Counted from the first letter of the stretch, positions 1 through 11,639 are shown. The stretch: 64,000 bases of DNA from Zootoca vivipara (GCF_963506605.1 NC_083278.1:54064001-54128000), one strand, 5' to 3'. A program made the numbers and translations. The notes: generated by a model from the letters alone, not told the origin.

Positions 1-842
1 AAAGTGTGTAATGCCTACATTGTATAGAAAGCATGTTTAATATAAAATATACTCCCTTCCCTTTTCTGTCCTGTGTTAACAACCTTCACACAGGGACACA
101 AATAGTTCCAGGGAGATTCTGAGGATTTCCTAGTGGCATGTGATGGAGTATCATTAAATTGTTACTGTTCCTTCTTATAGCAAACTCACATAGTGAGTGT
201 CAGTAGGATCTTAGCCAAACTGGGATCACAGAGAAACTAGAAGGAGGTATCAGCATGCTTGGGGAAACTGTGAGGAGAACAATATATACTTTTCTTTCTT
301 TCTTAAAGAAAGCAATCTTTATCACGCCTAAAAAGAGTCCAAAGAGGACCAAGCATTGTCAGTAGCTATAGAAGTCACAGAAACACAGAACTGGATGAAG
401 CGAGGAAGAGTTGCAGACACTGCTTAGAGGACAGAGGCAGGTCCCACTTTCACTGATTATTTTAGCATACAATATGTCCTCACAATCTGCAATCATAATT
501 TGCTTGATTGTTGTGTGTTTAAAGGTGTGTTTGGTCTACATATTGCTTGAAGTGCTGTTGGCAAGATCAGAAGATGGCTTTTTCAGTTTTGTTATCCACA
601 TTTGGAACTCCTTGCAACATAAGATCTGTTTGACCACTGCTCCTCTGGTGGCATTTTGGTGTCTCTTGAAATCTTCTTTGTCCAGACAGGCCTTTGATTT
701 GAATGTTGATTTTCCTGGTTATCTTCAGTTTCTAGATCTTGTTGCCATTTCATTTGCATTTGTTTGCTTCTATCTTGGTATGTTTTGTGATTTTAATTTT
801 AATATTCTTTGCTAGGTAGGTTTTATTTTCTTTTTGTTTGGT

Positions 843-917
843 TGTAAGTCGCTTTGGGTTGCCCTTGCCCTTGGCAAGATAAAGTGACTGATGAATTTAA
901 TAAATAAAATAAAATAA
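843..917 (+). mobile_element. L2-type LINE 3' tail remnant
   Basis: TGTAAGTCGCTTTGGG...AAAGTGACT followed by an AATAA-rich tail; a similar tail is at about 9538-9598. Confidence 0.5.
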
Positions 918-1867
918 TGCTGACTGTGTCTGGTTCGAGGATCAGCCTTTCTGTTCATAGCTGAGCATAAATCTGAACCCAGATTTTTCAAATTCAGATT
1001 CAGCAATCTTGTGTCTCCTATGAAGGAAAGCTAAAATCAAAACATGGAAACTTCATTATTATCTGTTCATTTCAGACTGGTTTCACATGCCTTTATTCGT
1101 GGAATAAATACACTCTGTCTACAATGGACAGAGCCTTCTTTGAATATATAGCATTAGCATACTTTGGGCTGCTGTTGAGAAAACACACTTAATCCCTCAT
1201 TATTGCCACTTCTCTAAAACAGTTTGCTACCACAAAAACATACTGCATAACTGAAGGGATGCTTTTATCTGTAAATTCTAGATTTACTGGAAGGAGGAAA
1301 TGTTTTGGCAGGGAAAGCTGGTAAACAGGCTGTGAAAGCCTCCCTTGCTCATTTTTGGTTCCCAATGCTGCTGCTCCTGTCATCTCCTCTGAAGGTGGAG
1401 GAATTTGTGCTGATTGAAACCCTGTTGTAGCATGGAAGATGCTCTCACAATCTGTAAATCTAATTTGCCTGATTCCGGCACCTGGCATTTTTAAATTCCA
1501 CTGAGAAGATTGCAGCCTGTTTTCCTCCAGCTGGTTAGGTGTATCCCCCTCCCACTCTTCAAGTTTTCATATTGGTTCAGTTTTTGATATTAATAAATAA
1601 ATAAAATTCAAATAAATTCATATTATAAAATGCAGCCAATGGCCACTAATATTTCAGTGTCTGCTAGAGGAAACAATACCTTAATTTCAAACAATAAGCA
1701 TAGGATTACTTATAGCAATACCAGAACTCTAAATTTAGCATTCACAATTTGTGACAGCAATTGTCAATATGGCCAAAACATGTATGTTCAAAGTTCCCTC
1801 TCCTCTCAATTTCGCTCATTTGTATCTGCCCTCCACAGTAATATATATTTATTACTTAAGTTATTAC

Positions 1868-2063
1868 ATTTATATCCCACCTTTTCTTCAAGGTCACATA
1901 CAAATTTCTGCCCTCTCCATTTTTATCCTCACAAGAACCATGTGAGGTAAGTTAGCTGGAAGAGGGTGACTAGCCCAGGGTCACCCAGTGAGCTTCATGA
2001 CCAAGTGAGGATTTGAACCTTGGTCTCCCAGGTCCTAGTTTAGGGCCACTATACCACATTGGT
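1868..2063 (-). mobile_element. MIR-like (CORE-type) tRNA-derived SINE
   Basis: TTTATCCTCACAAGAACCATGTGAGGTAAG core and GGATTTGAACC (reverse B box); similar copy at 36600-36790. Confidence 0.7.
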
Positions 2064-2353
2064 TTTCAACTACCATTGATTATTGTGGAGGAGCCTCTTA
2101 ATTAGACTGTGCTACTGACAGGAGTGCTAACTTGGCCCCGTGACTGTGGGTGCCTGGGGACATGGGTCCTGTGCAGCATGCCTGGCCTTAGCACTGATTG
2201 CGGGTGCCTGGCCCGTTCAAGGGGAATTTTGTGGGCGTTCGGGCCCCAGGGCCCCAGGGAGTTGTCACATATGGCTAATGAGCTGTCTTTTCTTCATACT
2301 AGAGAGGTCCATAGCATCAACACCCCAAAGCGTTCTTGTTTCTCCCACCGCTG

Positions 2354-2422
2354 CAGCCTTGGATTCAAACAGAAATCAGCCTTGGATTCAAACAGAAATC
2401 AGCCTTGGATTCAAACAGAAAT
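2354..2422. repeat. 23-bp tandem repeat, three exact copies (CAGCCTTGGATTCAAACAGAAAT)
   Basis: Units at 2354, 2377 and 2400. Confidence 0.95.
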
Positions 2423-3448
2423 CAAACATTGTGCTCTGCCTTCCTGGCTTTCCAGCTTTGCTACTTTACTTCTAGGTTACATCACAGCCAAGCTCAACTC
2501 TCAAACTCTGACTGTCCTTCTAACTATCTAAGAGTTCAAGGAGGGGCCCCACCCATTTGCCATCTGGCCCAAAGACCCCTTTCCCTGATTACCTTAATGG
2601 CCCCCACCCAAGCATTTCCTCATCAGGAAGCTGGTCTGGCTTATAACACTTGCAAGATCCAGGGATTAAGGAAGCTTGCTTAAATTCTAACACTTGCTGA
2701 ATCGAGGAATAAGAAAGATCTGGCACACAGAAACTCATAATACAGTAATATATTTTAACTGTGCCAAGTCTCTGGGAAAAGAAACACCCTCCCAAGCTCA
2801 GTTGGCCGAACTATTAGAGTTACTTCCTCTGGGAGTGTAAAAGGAATATGAACTATAGTTCCATCTGGTCAGAGTGCTGTACAGACAAAGAAAAAGTGTA
2901 AATGCCACTAAAGTAGAGCAGAAAATGTTTTTTGGCTGGTGAATAAATGCTGAAGCCACAAGTTGAAGCATGAGACATTTTTGAATGAACAACACTGATC
3001 CAGTGATAACACTTTCTCAGTGTGATTTCTGTAAAAGGAATTGATTGGCATAAATGTAATGTCTTCATCAGATATTTTCTAGTGGAACAAATGGTATTTG
3101 CCCACAGTGAGTCTAATCCTAGTGAGCAGATAGGATGTCCATCAGCATCATTAAGGATGTTGAGTAGGAAGGTCTGTTGGAACATCTTTTTTTTAAGTAA
3201 GATTTATTGCCTTATCAAAGAAATAAAAATAAAAATATCACTCAGAATTTCAACACCCTTGGAGATGGGAACAAGCATTTAGCATCATAAACCCCAGGAA
3301 GCTATCAAGCTAATTATAATTTCTTAGCTCTAATCCATCTGGCTAGCATTTAGACCATAGTGTTCTGTGAGATGTGTGCTATAGCTGCTGTTCATGCAAT
3401 TATGTAAGGGGTTTCGAGTCATTTCTGGTTGTTAGCTTGCACTGATTG

Positions 3449-3451
<3 letters not shown>

Positions 3452-3486
<35 letters not shown>
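3452..3486. repeat. (GT)n microsatellite
   Basis: Direct read. Confidence 0.95.
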
Positions 3487-3488
<2 letters not shown>

Positions 3489-3517
3489 CTCTCCAACACA
3501 ATAAGCTTCATCACAGT

Positions 3518-3650
3518 ACAGGGATGAGGAACCTATGCTCCTCTGGATGTTGCTGGACCTCCATCAGCCCCAGCTGGCATGGCCAGTTGTCAGGGATGAT
3601 AGAAGCTATAATCCAACAATATCTGTAAGGCCACAGGCTTCCCATCTCTG
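3518..3650. mobile_element. Decayed hAT MITE (about 130 bp, CAGG-ended family)
   Basis: CAGGGATGAGGAACCT...GGCTTCCCATCTCTG ends; internal match to the younger copies at 6277, 40599 and 63187. Confidence 0.6.
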
Positions 3651-4200
3651 ACACAGGATGTCATCTTGCATTGTGGCCAGTTATTCAGAAGGTTACTGGG
3701 TTATCCCACTCCTGTGAAATGGCAGCTCCTGCCATGTCCTCTTTGACTGATCAACTATTTCAGAGTCAAGTTCTTGCTCAGCCTCTGTACCAAGTCGTAT
3801 GCCTTTCTTCATGACTATTAAAGTGGTGGAATACTCCATTAAATGTGAAGTGTGGATGGGGCCTTAGGCTTCAGTTTGCTTATAGCAGTGTCCCACAGAG
3901 AGTGAAACTATGGAATATCCACACTTCCCATCTTCCCCAGTGCACTTGAGAGGTAGAGCACAAAACATCATTGGTGGGGATTTACCCCACCCACTACCTT
4001 TAGAAACACAATAAGAAATTGTTACAGGGGAGAGACAATGAGGAACATCATAGAAAGGGATGTTTCTAGGACCAAGGTGAAACTCTCATACTCCTTTGTT
4101 ATTTTTTACCATTGACTGGAGATGTTCTTACACTTGAAATATTGAAATGCCATTTTGTTTGTTGCTATTAATTGTTTTTATTATTTCTCTTATTATGAAA

Positions 4201-4385
4201 TTGTTCTTTAAATTGTTAATTTTGTTATAATAGTGCTTTGTTGTAAGCTGCTCTGAGTTCAAGAGAGAGGGGGGGGCAGGCTACATACCAATATGATGAA
4301 AAGGTGAGTTTGCCATGCTCTCATTTTAGCACTTCAGAGGTAAACCCCAAATTCGGGAGAAGAAGAGAAAACCAGAAATCTGTGG
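4201..4385 (+). repeat. Copy A of an approximately 185-bp dispersed direct duplication
   Basis: Aligns by eye to 11026-11211 with about 90% identity. Confidence 0.85.
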
Positions 4386-4536
4386 CTAATATTACAATGG
4401 CTGGGACCAACCCTGTTGGCAAGCTACAGGTAGCAGGATTACTGCAGGCCAAGTACCATCTGCTGTGTAAACTGTGGGGATTGGGTGGTACTAAATGAGT
4501 GCTTCCAGTTACTTGAAAAAAATAACCAGTATAGAT

Positions 4537-4626
4537 CATAGCTGCCAAGTTTTCCATTTTCTCGCGAGGAAGCCTATTCAGCATAAGGGAAAATCCCTTA
4601 AAATAAGGGATAACTTGGCAGCTATG
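4537..4626. mobile_element. 90-bp hAT MITE, copy 1
   Basis: 15-bp TIR CATAGCTGCCAAGTT/AACTTGGCAGCTATG; 8-bp TSD GTATAGAT at 4529-4536 and 4627-4634. Confidence 0.92.
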
Positions 4627-6164
4627 GTATAGATATACCTCTGTCTTACCCAAAGCCACATCCATCCATCATTTAGGTGAACATCCAGACTCAAGTTCTC
4701 TGTGTCTTAATTTCCTTCTGAAATGAAAAGTATGCTTGCTTTACCCAGTTGTTGAGGATTTATGAGCAAAATGCCCATGAGCAGACAAAAATCTGTGTAA
4801 AGATAACAAAGCAATAGGTGGATAGAATCAGCTAGTGACCTGGCATATTGAAAGTTTTCATGATGCTTTCTTTCACTTGGGGAAAACTGAATTTTATTTA
4901 CAAGTTGTTTTGTTTTCTTCCATTCTGCTTTGATCGTTTTGTGGAATGTTCCCTCCATCCCAACATCCATTTATGTTCAAGCAGGTAATATTACAGAGGC
5001 TTATGGCTAGCGATCTGTGATAGGAATTAAATATTCATGGGAATGAAAGATTAACAGCACTGACTAGAGGCAGGTACAGAAAAGGGATGTACAGAAAAGT
5101 CTCGCTCAGCTGGGTCAGCAAGCACAATCCTCCTCATTTCTGACCCACAATAACCCTGATATGCCAGCCATATCATTGAGCAAGTCTGGGAAATTATATT
5201 ACAAGAGAGGAGTGCAGCTAGAAAAAAAATCACGTATTAGCCTCTCAGAAATGACATCAAAAACTTTGTTGACACTGAGGGCGAAGTGAAGCCATGACTC
5301 ATCTTCACTAGAGATGTAGGAAATAACTTTCCCTGGATGTGTTTCTCTTTCTTGCCCAAATCTGTACTTCCTGTAAAATGGATCTCAAGAATTACAGCGC
5401 CATAGAAGGGTGGGGAGGATTGTCCACTTTTCTTGGTAAAGTTTAAAATAAAGTCTTTCCTTTGTTTTCAATTGTCATATTGATTTGAAGAACTCTAGAG
5501 GGGGCACAGATTCCCCACCTCTGGCATGGACCATCATCAGCTCCATGGCCACTTGACTGTCAGCTAGTTATTGGGTGATCCCATTCTTTTCTTTTAAATG
5601 GTCATATTGATTTGAACTACTTTTCTTGTTGCTTAGTATTCAGCTAGACTCACTGAAGCTCCATTAACCTTAGTTACAGTTTGCTCAGTATTTTGTCACG
5701 AAGTTGTCTACACATCACCTGCCTCTCTTTTTTCTTCTTCTCTCATCTCAGAGCACTTGTTTACTTCACACATAAATCAAACCCCATAGAGTATGAGTGC
5801 TGTTAAACACATCGGCATACACTTGTGACCTGTTTTCTAGGAATCAATTATTTCCCTTCCAATGGGTGTATTTGCAACCAAATATAACCATTTATTTATG
5901 ATAGTGCTTCATACACAGAATCTGCTGAAATCAGTTTGAGAATTTGCATGTTAAAGATGAGTGATGGAACCCACTCCCAGGTAAGAGAACATAGGATTGC
6001 AGCCCATGAACACTTATCTGGGAATAAGTCCCCAGAACTCAGTGTGAGCTACTTTTCAGTAGGCATGCACAGAGTTGTGCTGTTAGGCACTTGAATGCAG
6101 ATTAAAGACAGACGTGAATGCAGATTAATGGCAGCATTCCATACCATAAATTCCCAAGAGTTGG

Positions 6165-7068
6165 AAAGGTTGCCTGTTCTTGATGGAGTTACACTCCTTC
6201 TGAAGGTACAGGTGACAAGGAATACCTATACCAGCTTCAGCTGTTCATGAACCAGGATAGTTGAGATACACTAGTACAGGCATAGACAACCTCGGCCCTC
6301 CAGATGTTTTGGGACTACAACTCTCATGATCCCTAGCTAACAGGACCAGTGGTCAGGGATGATATAGTCCCCAAACATCTGGAGGGCTGAGGTTGCCTAT
6401 GCCTGCACTAGTACATGCTCTGGTAACCTCATGCTTGGAGCGTTGTAATATGCTCTCCGTGGGACTCCACTTGAAGCCAGACTGGAAGCTGCAGCTAGTA
6501 CAGATTGAGGCTGTCGGGTTACTTACTGGTGCCACAAAATAGGGTTGTATTTCCATAACTCCTAAGGAAACAAACCACATTCCTCTTTCTTAAGAGGCCG
6601 CATTTAAAGTGCTTACCTTGATGTATAAAGCTCTATATGGTTCAGGACTCAAATATTTGAAGGGTTGTTTTTCCCATTATCAACTGTTCTGGGTCTAAAT
6701 ATCTGTCGAGGGCCCCTGCTTGTGGCTCCATCAATGATTGTGATTCATTGTGTGGTGATGTGGATCAGGGCCTTCTCTGTTGTGGCACCCCTGGTTGTGG
6801 ACCCTCCCTCATTGCAGATATAGCTGTCCCACATTCCTACAACAAGTAAAGATTGTGAGGTTCTTTTATTTAGACTTTTAAAATGGCTGAAGTAAAGAAC
6901 TGTTTTTTCCTGTTGCTGGTTTGTTCTTTATGATAGTTATTAGTTTTATTATTATTAGTTATTAGTTTTATGATTCTTCCATATGGCTATATTGTATGTT
7001 ATTTATCTACCATACTGGGTACCTTTAGGCTGAAGGAATCGGATGCAAATTAATTAATTAATGATAAT
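6165..7068 (+). mobile_element. Old decayed L2 LINE 3' fragment, interrupted by a MITE
   Basis: Degenerate match to the L2 3' region at about 60750-61400 (GATGGAGTTACACTCCTTCTGAAG, GCTCTCCGTGGGACT, GGGCCTTCTCTGTTGTGGCACCC). Confidence 0.7.
6277..6405. mobile_element. hAT MITE, CAGG-ended family
   Basis: Long imperfect TIR CAGGCATAGACAACCTCGGCCCTCCAGATGTT; exact 8-bp TSD CACTAGTA at 6269-6276 and 6406-6413. Confidence 0.9.
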
Positions 7069-8099
7069 CAGAAATAAGGTGCATTGAGTTCAGACAGACT
7101 TACTCCCAGGTAAGTAAGTGTAGTCGAGATTGCAGCCTAAATTTGCACACAGGATTTGTTTCATAGCCATTTGCTTCCATCCAGCATACTTAGTATTTAA
7201 ATGAAAATGCAATTCTCACAGATTTTGCTACATCCATAGTGCATTAATTGGCAGTGCACCTTCTTGACCTGAAAGGAACATAGAGTGTTCCGCCTTAGGC
7301 AGGCAAATTATACAGTCAGGTTTTGCAGCAACATGGAGCTGATGATGAGCAGATCTTTCAAATGAGTTCAGTAGAAAGTCATTGAATTACAATATGCTTA
7401 ACTAATAAAGTCCACATTAGTTAGTGTAGTATTCGTATGCCCTTAAAAATGCAGAGCTAATCCCATCATTAAACTCCTTGTTGTACAGTATTTCTCTATT
7501 ATATGCATGTTCAGGTTTAAACCTTTCCACACCACTGCTAAAACATTGTAATTTGAGGAATCATTATTAATATACTATTTTAATTAGCTAAATGGAGGTT
7601 TCAACAAATTAAGGAAATTAGAGATGAAACATAAGCATTAAAAAAACCACCTGTAGGAGTAGAGATAATTTGGTAATGACAGTATAAAAACTGTCAGAGC
7701 ACCAATGAATGCAGTTTCTTGGCTAAAAAATTAAGTTTCTCTGAAAACTCTACTAATGGTCACTAGTTTCTACCCTGTTCCTTGCTCTCTAGCTGCCCAT
7801 TACAAATGGAAACAGTGAACACCGGGCACCCCCTTAGATTTGATGTTCTTTATTTGTACAGTGCAGAATAAGCAAGTTGTTGAAAAGAAGGTTGTCTGAA
7901 TCCTTCTTTGAGGAATAATTTAGACAACCATCCAAAGGTGATGATATTGGTTGGATTTTTTTTTTTTACCTGAAGTGAAGTACTCAGGTAAATTAGTCCT
8001 TCCCAAATATTAATTGGCTATGTGACCCAAACAACTTTGGGAAAACAAAATAAAAAAATCCTTCCAGTAGCACCTTAGAGACCAACTAAGTTTGTCATA

Positions 8100-8138
8100 G
8101 GTATGAGCTTTTGTGTGCATGCACACTTCTTCAGATAC
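8100..8138 (-). ncRNA. Minimal type-I hammerhead ribozyme motif with G12A change, predicted inactive
   Basis: Reverse complement reads GUAU-CUGAAGA-A-GUGUGCAUGCACAC-AAA-AGCU-C-AUAC; GAAA is changed to AAAA at 8112. Confidence 0.8.
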
Positions 8139-8317
8139 ACTGAAACAGAATTCACCAGACCCTTATGTATAGTCAGAGGGTGGGGAGGGGTATTACTCAG
8201 AAGGGTGGTGGGAATGGGTGATTGGCTGATAGGAGTGGTAAACCTGTTGATGACTGTTAACGACTGTAATTGGTCTTGCAGGAAAAAGCAAGGGCTGAGG
8301 TGCTAAAGAAAGCTTTA

Positions 8318-8410
8318 TCATGTATAATGAGATAAGAATCCAGTGTCCTTATTCAGACCAGGTCTCTCCATGGTTTTAAGCTTGGTAATGAGTTGCAATT
8401 CAGCAACTTC
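8318..8410 (-). pseudogene. Penelope GIY-YIG endonuclease C-terminal remnant
   Basis: Translates EVAELQLITKLKTMERPGLNKDTGFLSHYT*, matching the E...I..L.T..P.GLN ending of Penelope endonucleases. Confidence 0.85.
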
Positions 8411-8495
8411 TTTTGACTGCATCAGACCAACACAGCTACCTACCTGTAACTACTACTATGGAAGGCACCACATTGAGCCGCACTTCTGTTTCAGT

Positions 8496-8533
8496 GTATC
8501 TGAAGAAGTGTGCATGCACACGAAAGCTCATAC
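8496..8533 (+). ncRNA. Minimal type-I hammerhead ribozyme motif, intact core
   Basis: GUAU-CUGAAGA-A-GUGUGCAUGCACAC-GAA-AGCU-C-AUAC: stem I GUAU/AUAC, stem II, palindromic stem III; predicted cut after 8529. Confidence 0.85.
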
Positions 8534-9286
8534 CTATGACAAACTTAGTTGCTCTCTCAGGTGCTACTGGAAGGATTTTTTTGTTTTGTTTTGACTGTGT
8601 CAGACCAACATGGCTACCTACCTGTAACTTTGGGTAAGTATGCTAAGTGGCAGGATGGTCAGAGTTGGCCATGGAACAAAGTGTCATGTTGAAACAAACA
8701 TAAGGCCACACCAGTGTTTGCTTAGAGAGGAAACTGCAGTTCGGAGCTCAGTATCCAAACTGGTTTCTAAGTTTTTGGTTGGAATTGAGTCTGCTGAAAC
8801 CATAACTGTTTAGGGAAGTACAAAGGCTATAGTCTGCAAATGACTGACTTTGTTACATTTTTCCATAATACAGTACTGTATGGCTAGCCTCCTGCTGTGC
8901 TAATTACATATTTAGCCAGAATGGCTGTTAAATTTATCTGTGCAAAGAAGATAGGTTTTCTCTTGCTACCTGTGATTTATATTTCTAGTTGCTATGGTGT
9001 CCAGGAATACCAGAATACTTTTGAAGAGGCTATCCCTTTGTAAGCCTTGATTTATTTTAAACATGATTTGGCACAATGTTGCTTTGGGATGAGGGAGTCC
9101 TGAGTATGTAGGAGGGATTATTTTTAAGCTGTTATTTTTATTACCTTCATCCAGCCTTGAAAGTATCGAGAAAATTAAAGATAAAAGTAGAATTTAAATA
9201 ACTATACCACCCAAAATAATTTCTGAAAAGAACCAAGCAAAAGGATGGGGCAGTCTAAAGTCGTTTTGTCAATTATTTATTTCATC

Positions 9287-9417
9287 GTTACAGGTAGGTG
9301 CTGGTCTGCCGTAGTCGAAGCAAAAAATATAAAAAATTCCTTCCAATAGTACCTTAGAGACCAACTAAGTTTGTTATTGGTATGAACTTTTGTGTGCTAC
9401 TGGAAGGATTTTTATTA
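9287..9417. mobile_element. Penelope-like element insertion 2 (short, half ribozyme)
   Basis: Minus-strand terminus with tail switches to the plus strand at GTGC; TTATTTCAT duplicated at 9277-9285 and 9418-9426. Confidence 0.8.
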
Positions 9418-9700
9418 TTATTTCATTCCTTTGGCCTTTAACTACTGTATCTATGGCCTTTGAGAAGTAGGTGGGGTGTTTTTAGTTATTTCTTTTTCTT
9501 TGTTTTAATATATCTTTGTGTGTTTTGTCTGTTTGTTTGTAAGTTGCTTTGGTTCCCTTGGGAGGTATTAAGTGACTAACAAATAACAACAACAACAAGA
9601 ACATTCTTAGTTACAGGTAGGTAGCCGTGTTGGTCTGAGTCGAAGCAAAATAAAAAAATTCCTTCAGTAGCACCTTAAAGACCAACTAAGTTTATATTTT

Positions 9701-9740
9701 GGTATGAGCTTTCGTGTGCAAGCACACTTCTTCAGATACC
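9701..9740 (-). ncRNA. Minimal type-I hammerhead ribozyme motif, intact core
   Basis: Reverse complement reads GGUAU-CUGAAGA-A-GUGUGCUUGCACAC-GAA-AGCU-C-AUACC. Confidence 0.85.
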
Positions 9741-9770
9741 TGAAGATACTTCTTCAGATACCAGATACCT

Positions 9771-9810
9771 GGTATCTGAAGAAGTGTGCTTGCACACGAA
9801 AGCTCATACC
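9771..9810 (+). ncRNA. Minimal type-I hammerhead ribozyme motif, intact core
   Basis: GGUAU-CUGAAGA-A-GUGUGCUUGCACAC-GAA-AGCU-C-AUACC with 5-bp stem I; predicted cut after 9805. Confidence 0.85.
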
Positions 9811-10124
9811 AAAATATAAACTTAGTTGGTCTTTAAGGTGCTACTGAAGGAATTTTTTTATTTAACAACATTCTTAGTAAGGGATAAGGATTAGTAGGAG
9901 GTTAAATGGCAATTCCCTAGGAACAACATAAATGGACAAAAAGAAACGTGCAAGCTTTTCAAGAAACAGTAAGGGCAACATTTACCCAATGAAGAGGAGA
10001 AAAGGCATATGCATGCCTAGAAGCCCCTCCAGGTTGAATAAAGACTGCCAAATTACAAGTATATAGGTTCTATCTGTGTGTTGGATACCTTTTAAGGTTT
10101 AATATCTTTTTCCAAAAATGAATA

Positions 10125-10152
10125 GTCTCTCTCTCTCCCTCTCTCCCTCCCT

Positions 10153-10204
<52 letters not shown>
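10125..10204. repeat. (CT)n / poly-C / (TA)n compound microsatellite
   Basis: Direct read. Confidence 0.9.
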
Positions 10205-10205
<1 letters not shown>

Positions 10206-10384
10206 AGCTGTACCTGGCCACACGTTGCTGTGGCCCATACCTGTGACTCCCCCCAGCCTGTCCTGACCCATGTCCTATCCCGCCCCCTCCTCCCCCACCC
10301 CCGGCTCATCCCTGTGACTGGCCCCACCCTGTCCTGACCCATTACCTATCCCTTCCCCTCCTCCCCGCCACCTGGGTCCCCTAG
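10203..10384 (+). mobile_element. Possible Helitron/Helentron-like non-autonomous fragment with two approximately 70-bp internal repeats
   Basis: Begins AGCTGTACCTGGCCACACGTTGCTGTGGC beside (TA)n, ends CTAG; CCTGTGACT...CCTGTCCTGACCCAT...CCTATCCC occurs twice. Family call is from recall only. Confidence 0.4.
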
Positions 10385-11025
10385 ATATAAAATGTATAAT
10401 AATAATTATTATTTATTTATTTACACCCCACCATAACATTTCTAGGTATTGTAGCCCCTTTGAGGGGCTGAATCTTGGCAAATTTAGAAATGATAGCTGT
10501 TTTCTATGTAAACTTTACAGTTTTGTGGTAATTAAAAAATCAATCGTGTCTTAAAACATTCCTTTAAAACAACAACATTAATTTATGAGTCATTTGTATG
10601 GTGCCTCTAGGAAAGGAACAAGCCAAACTGTAGACAAACAGGTTCAGGTTTGGTGGCTATGTTTGTTTCACTAGACACTTTTAAAGCTATTGGTGGGGGA
10701 TAATTATAAGGTGTTCACTTTCTTCCCAGTGGCTTTGTGGGTAATAACTTTATTAGGAAAACAGCACATACCAAAGAGGCTTCCCATGGTAATTACCCTG
10801 CAAAATTTCTATGTAGGAGCTAAATAGTTATGATAAATGGGGTGGGAAGAGAGTTTCAGACTTGTGTTCTGTTAAATTGCCACTAAAATTCACAGTAACC
10901 AAGTGCAAAATTGACTTGACATGAATGGGTGTGTGGGCCACTGAGGGTGGGACAGAGGGCTACTAATGTATTGGGCCTACAGCAAGCAAGGGGCCCTGAC
11001 TCTGGGTTTTATTTTTTTACTATAT

Positions 11026-11211
11026 TTGTTCTTTAAATTGTTAATTTTGTTATAATAGTGCTTTGTTGTAAGCTGATCTGAGTTCAGGTGTTTGTGTGTG
11101 GACAGGCAACATACCAGTATGATGAAAAGGTGAGTTTGCCATGCTCCCATTTTTGCACTTCAAAGGTAAACCCCAAATTCAGGAGAAGAAGAGAAAACCA
11201 GAAATCTGTGG
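11026..11211 (+). repeat. Copy B of the approximately 185-bp dispersed direct duplication
   Basis: Aligns to 4201-4385. Confidence 0.85.
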
Positions 11212-11639
11212 ATTTTATTTTTTAAATTATATTTTAAGTAAGCTTCTAGCCTGTTGAACACGAATGTTTTTAACCAAAATGTGCAGGTATCATTCAGAGT
11301 AATTGCTTTGTGAGAAATGAGCCTGTCATTTGTCAGTGTTTTTAGCAAATGAGTGAAGTTAGAGCCTGATTGATGAGTAGAGTCACAGAGAAGGGACTTC
11401 ATTGCCCATTTTGAAGCTGTTTTGACATCTTTCTTGGGGTTGATTTTTCACTCCAGGTTCAGGAAACAGAAGACTGCCTGGTTAATTTTGAAGGGACTGC
11501 CTTGTTCTTTTCATCTTCCATGGTAGAGAAGTAATTGTTGCCCAGAAAAAAATTAGTTGAAAAATCCAGATTTTTAGTGTAGCTCTCACTGGGCAGTAGT
11601 AACAGGTCCATCCAAAAGCAAGACGTAGCAGCAAAATAT

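Larger units (their letters stand above)
8042..8629. mobile_element. Penelope-like element insertion 1 (inverted pLTR structure)
   Basis: Minus-strand 3' portion with GIY-YIG C-terminus, then an inverted plus-strand terminus with tail; AACTTTGGG duplicated on both sides. Confidence 0.88.
9609..9863. mobile_element. Penelope-like element insertion 3 (93-bp perfect inverted repeat)
   Basis: Arms 9648-9740 and 9771-9863 are exact reverse complements; AACATTCTTAGT duplicated at 9600-9611 and 9867-9878. Confidence 0.9.

Noticed and set aside
2354-2422. CRISPR-like direct repeats
   Set aside because: No spacers, eukaryotic context; a simple tandem triplication.
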